Assembly: GCA_977017645.1 (NCBI GenBank)
Contig: OZ360223.1
Location: 204,352,001-204,416,000 of the forward strand
DNA: 64,000 bases
From: Torpedo marmorata
Taxonomy: Eukaryota
Reading direction: 5' to 3'
The notes beneath the pieces were generated by a model. It did no database searches. It saw only the letters and a list, made by a program, of their open reading frames with translations, and was not told the DNA's origin. This document shows positions 63,745-64,000 of the stretch, piece after piece (within the stretch, counting starts at the first letter, position 1; the number at the start of each line of letters is the position of its first letter). The position numbers and the translations under genes were made by a program.

Positions 63745-64000
63745 AAGATTACAGATGCTGGAGTTGGGAATGGTGAATAAACTCAGCAGGTCAAGCAGCA
63801 TCCATGGAAGTTAAAGTGTAAGTTGACATTTCAGTTCGAAATGCTGAATTGGGATTGAAGCAGAAGAGGAAAAATTGCCAGCATATAGCAAAGCAGGAGG
63901 CCAGAGTGTTGGGGAGGGGCTTTTGGGATAGTGGCTGGTCGGTGATAGGTGGAACCAGATGGGGAGGACATGATGATAAGTAGATGGAACCAGGTGGGGC
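63745..64000 (-). mobile_element. Penelope-type terminal-repeat fragment, running off the window
   Basis: CAGATGCTGGA...ACTCAGCAGGTCAAGCAGCATC signature shared with other copies. Confidence 0.6.

Larger units (their letters stand above)
28588..64000 (+). other. RNF220: Start of the long RNF220 intron (next exon outside the window)
   Basis: Donor at 28588; the next expected coding segment (containing the CPIC motif) was not found in the remaining 35 kb. Confidence 0.85.

Overview
Eukaryotic (vertebrate) genomic DNA; the repeat families (HE1-type V-SINEs, CR1, Penelope-type terminal repeats, Rex1/Babar, fish-type L1) point to a cartilaginous fish (inference, species not determinable). The only host coding sequence recognised is the first coding exon of RNF220 (CDS 27960-28587, + strand), followed by the start of its long intron, which runs past the window end. 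Upstream, a CpG-retaining, repeat-free promoter zone (~23.2-27.8 kb) carries three ZNF143/THAP11 motifs and outward-facing splice donors, consistent with a bidirectional promoter; the partner in mammals is ERI3, but no ERI3 coding exon was seen. The first 23 kb and much of 36-64 kb are a mosaic of mostly nested mobile elements with readable target-site duplications (TSDs): an L1 with a twin-priming 5' inversion that hosts a younger L1, three Rex1/Babar copies, Penelope-like elements with hammerhead-ribozyme-like cores, a hAT element holding a SINE and a solo LTR, two more solo LTRs and a Chapaev3-like transposon. No new multi-gene system is evident. The most notable signals are the L1 5' inversion, the variant hammerhead motifs, and transposon-free intronic blocks that look like enhancers.
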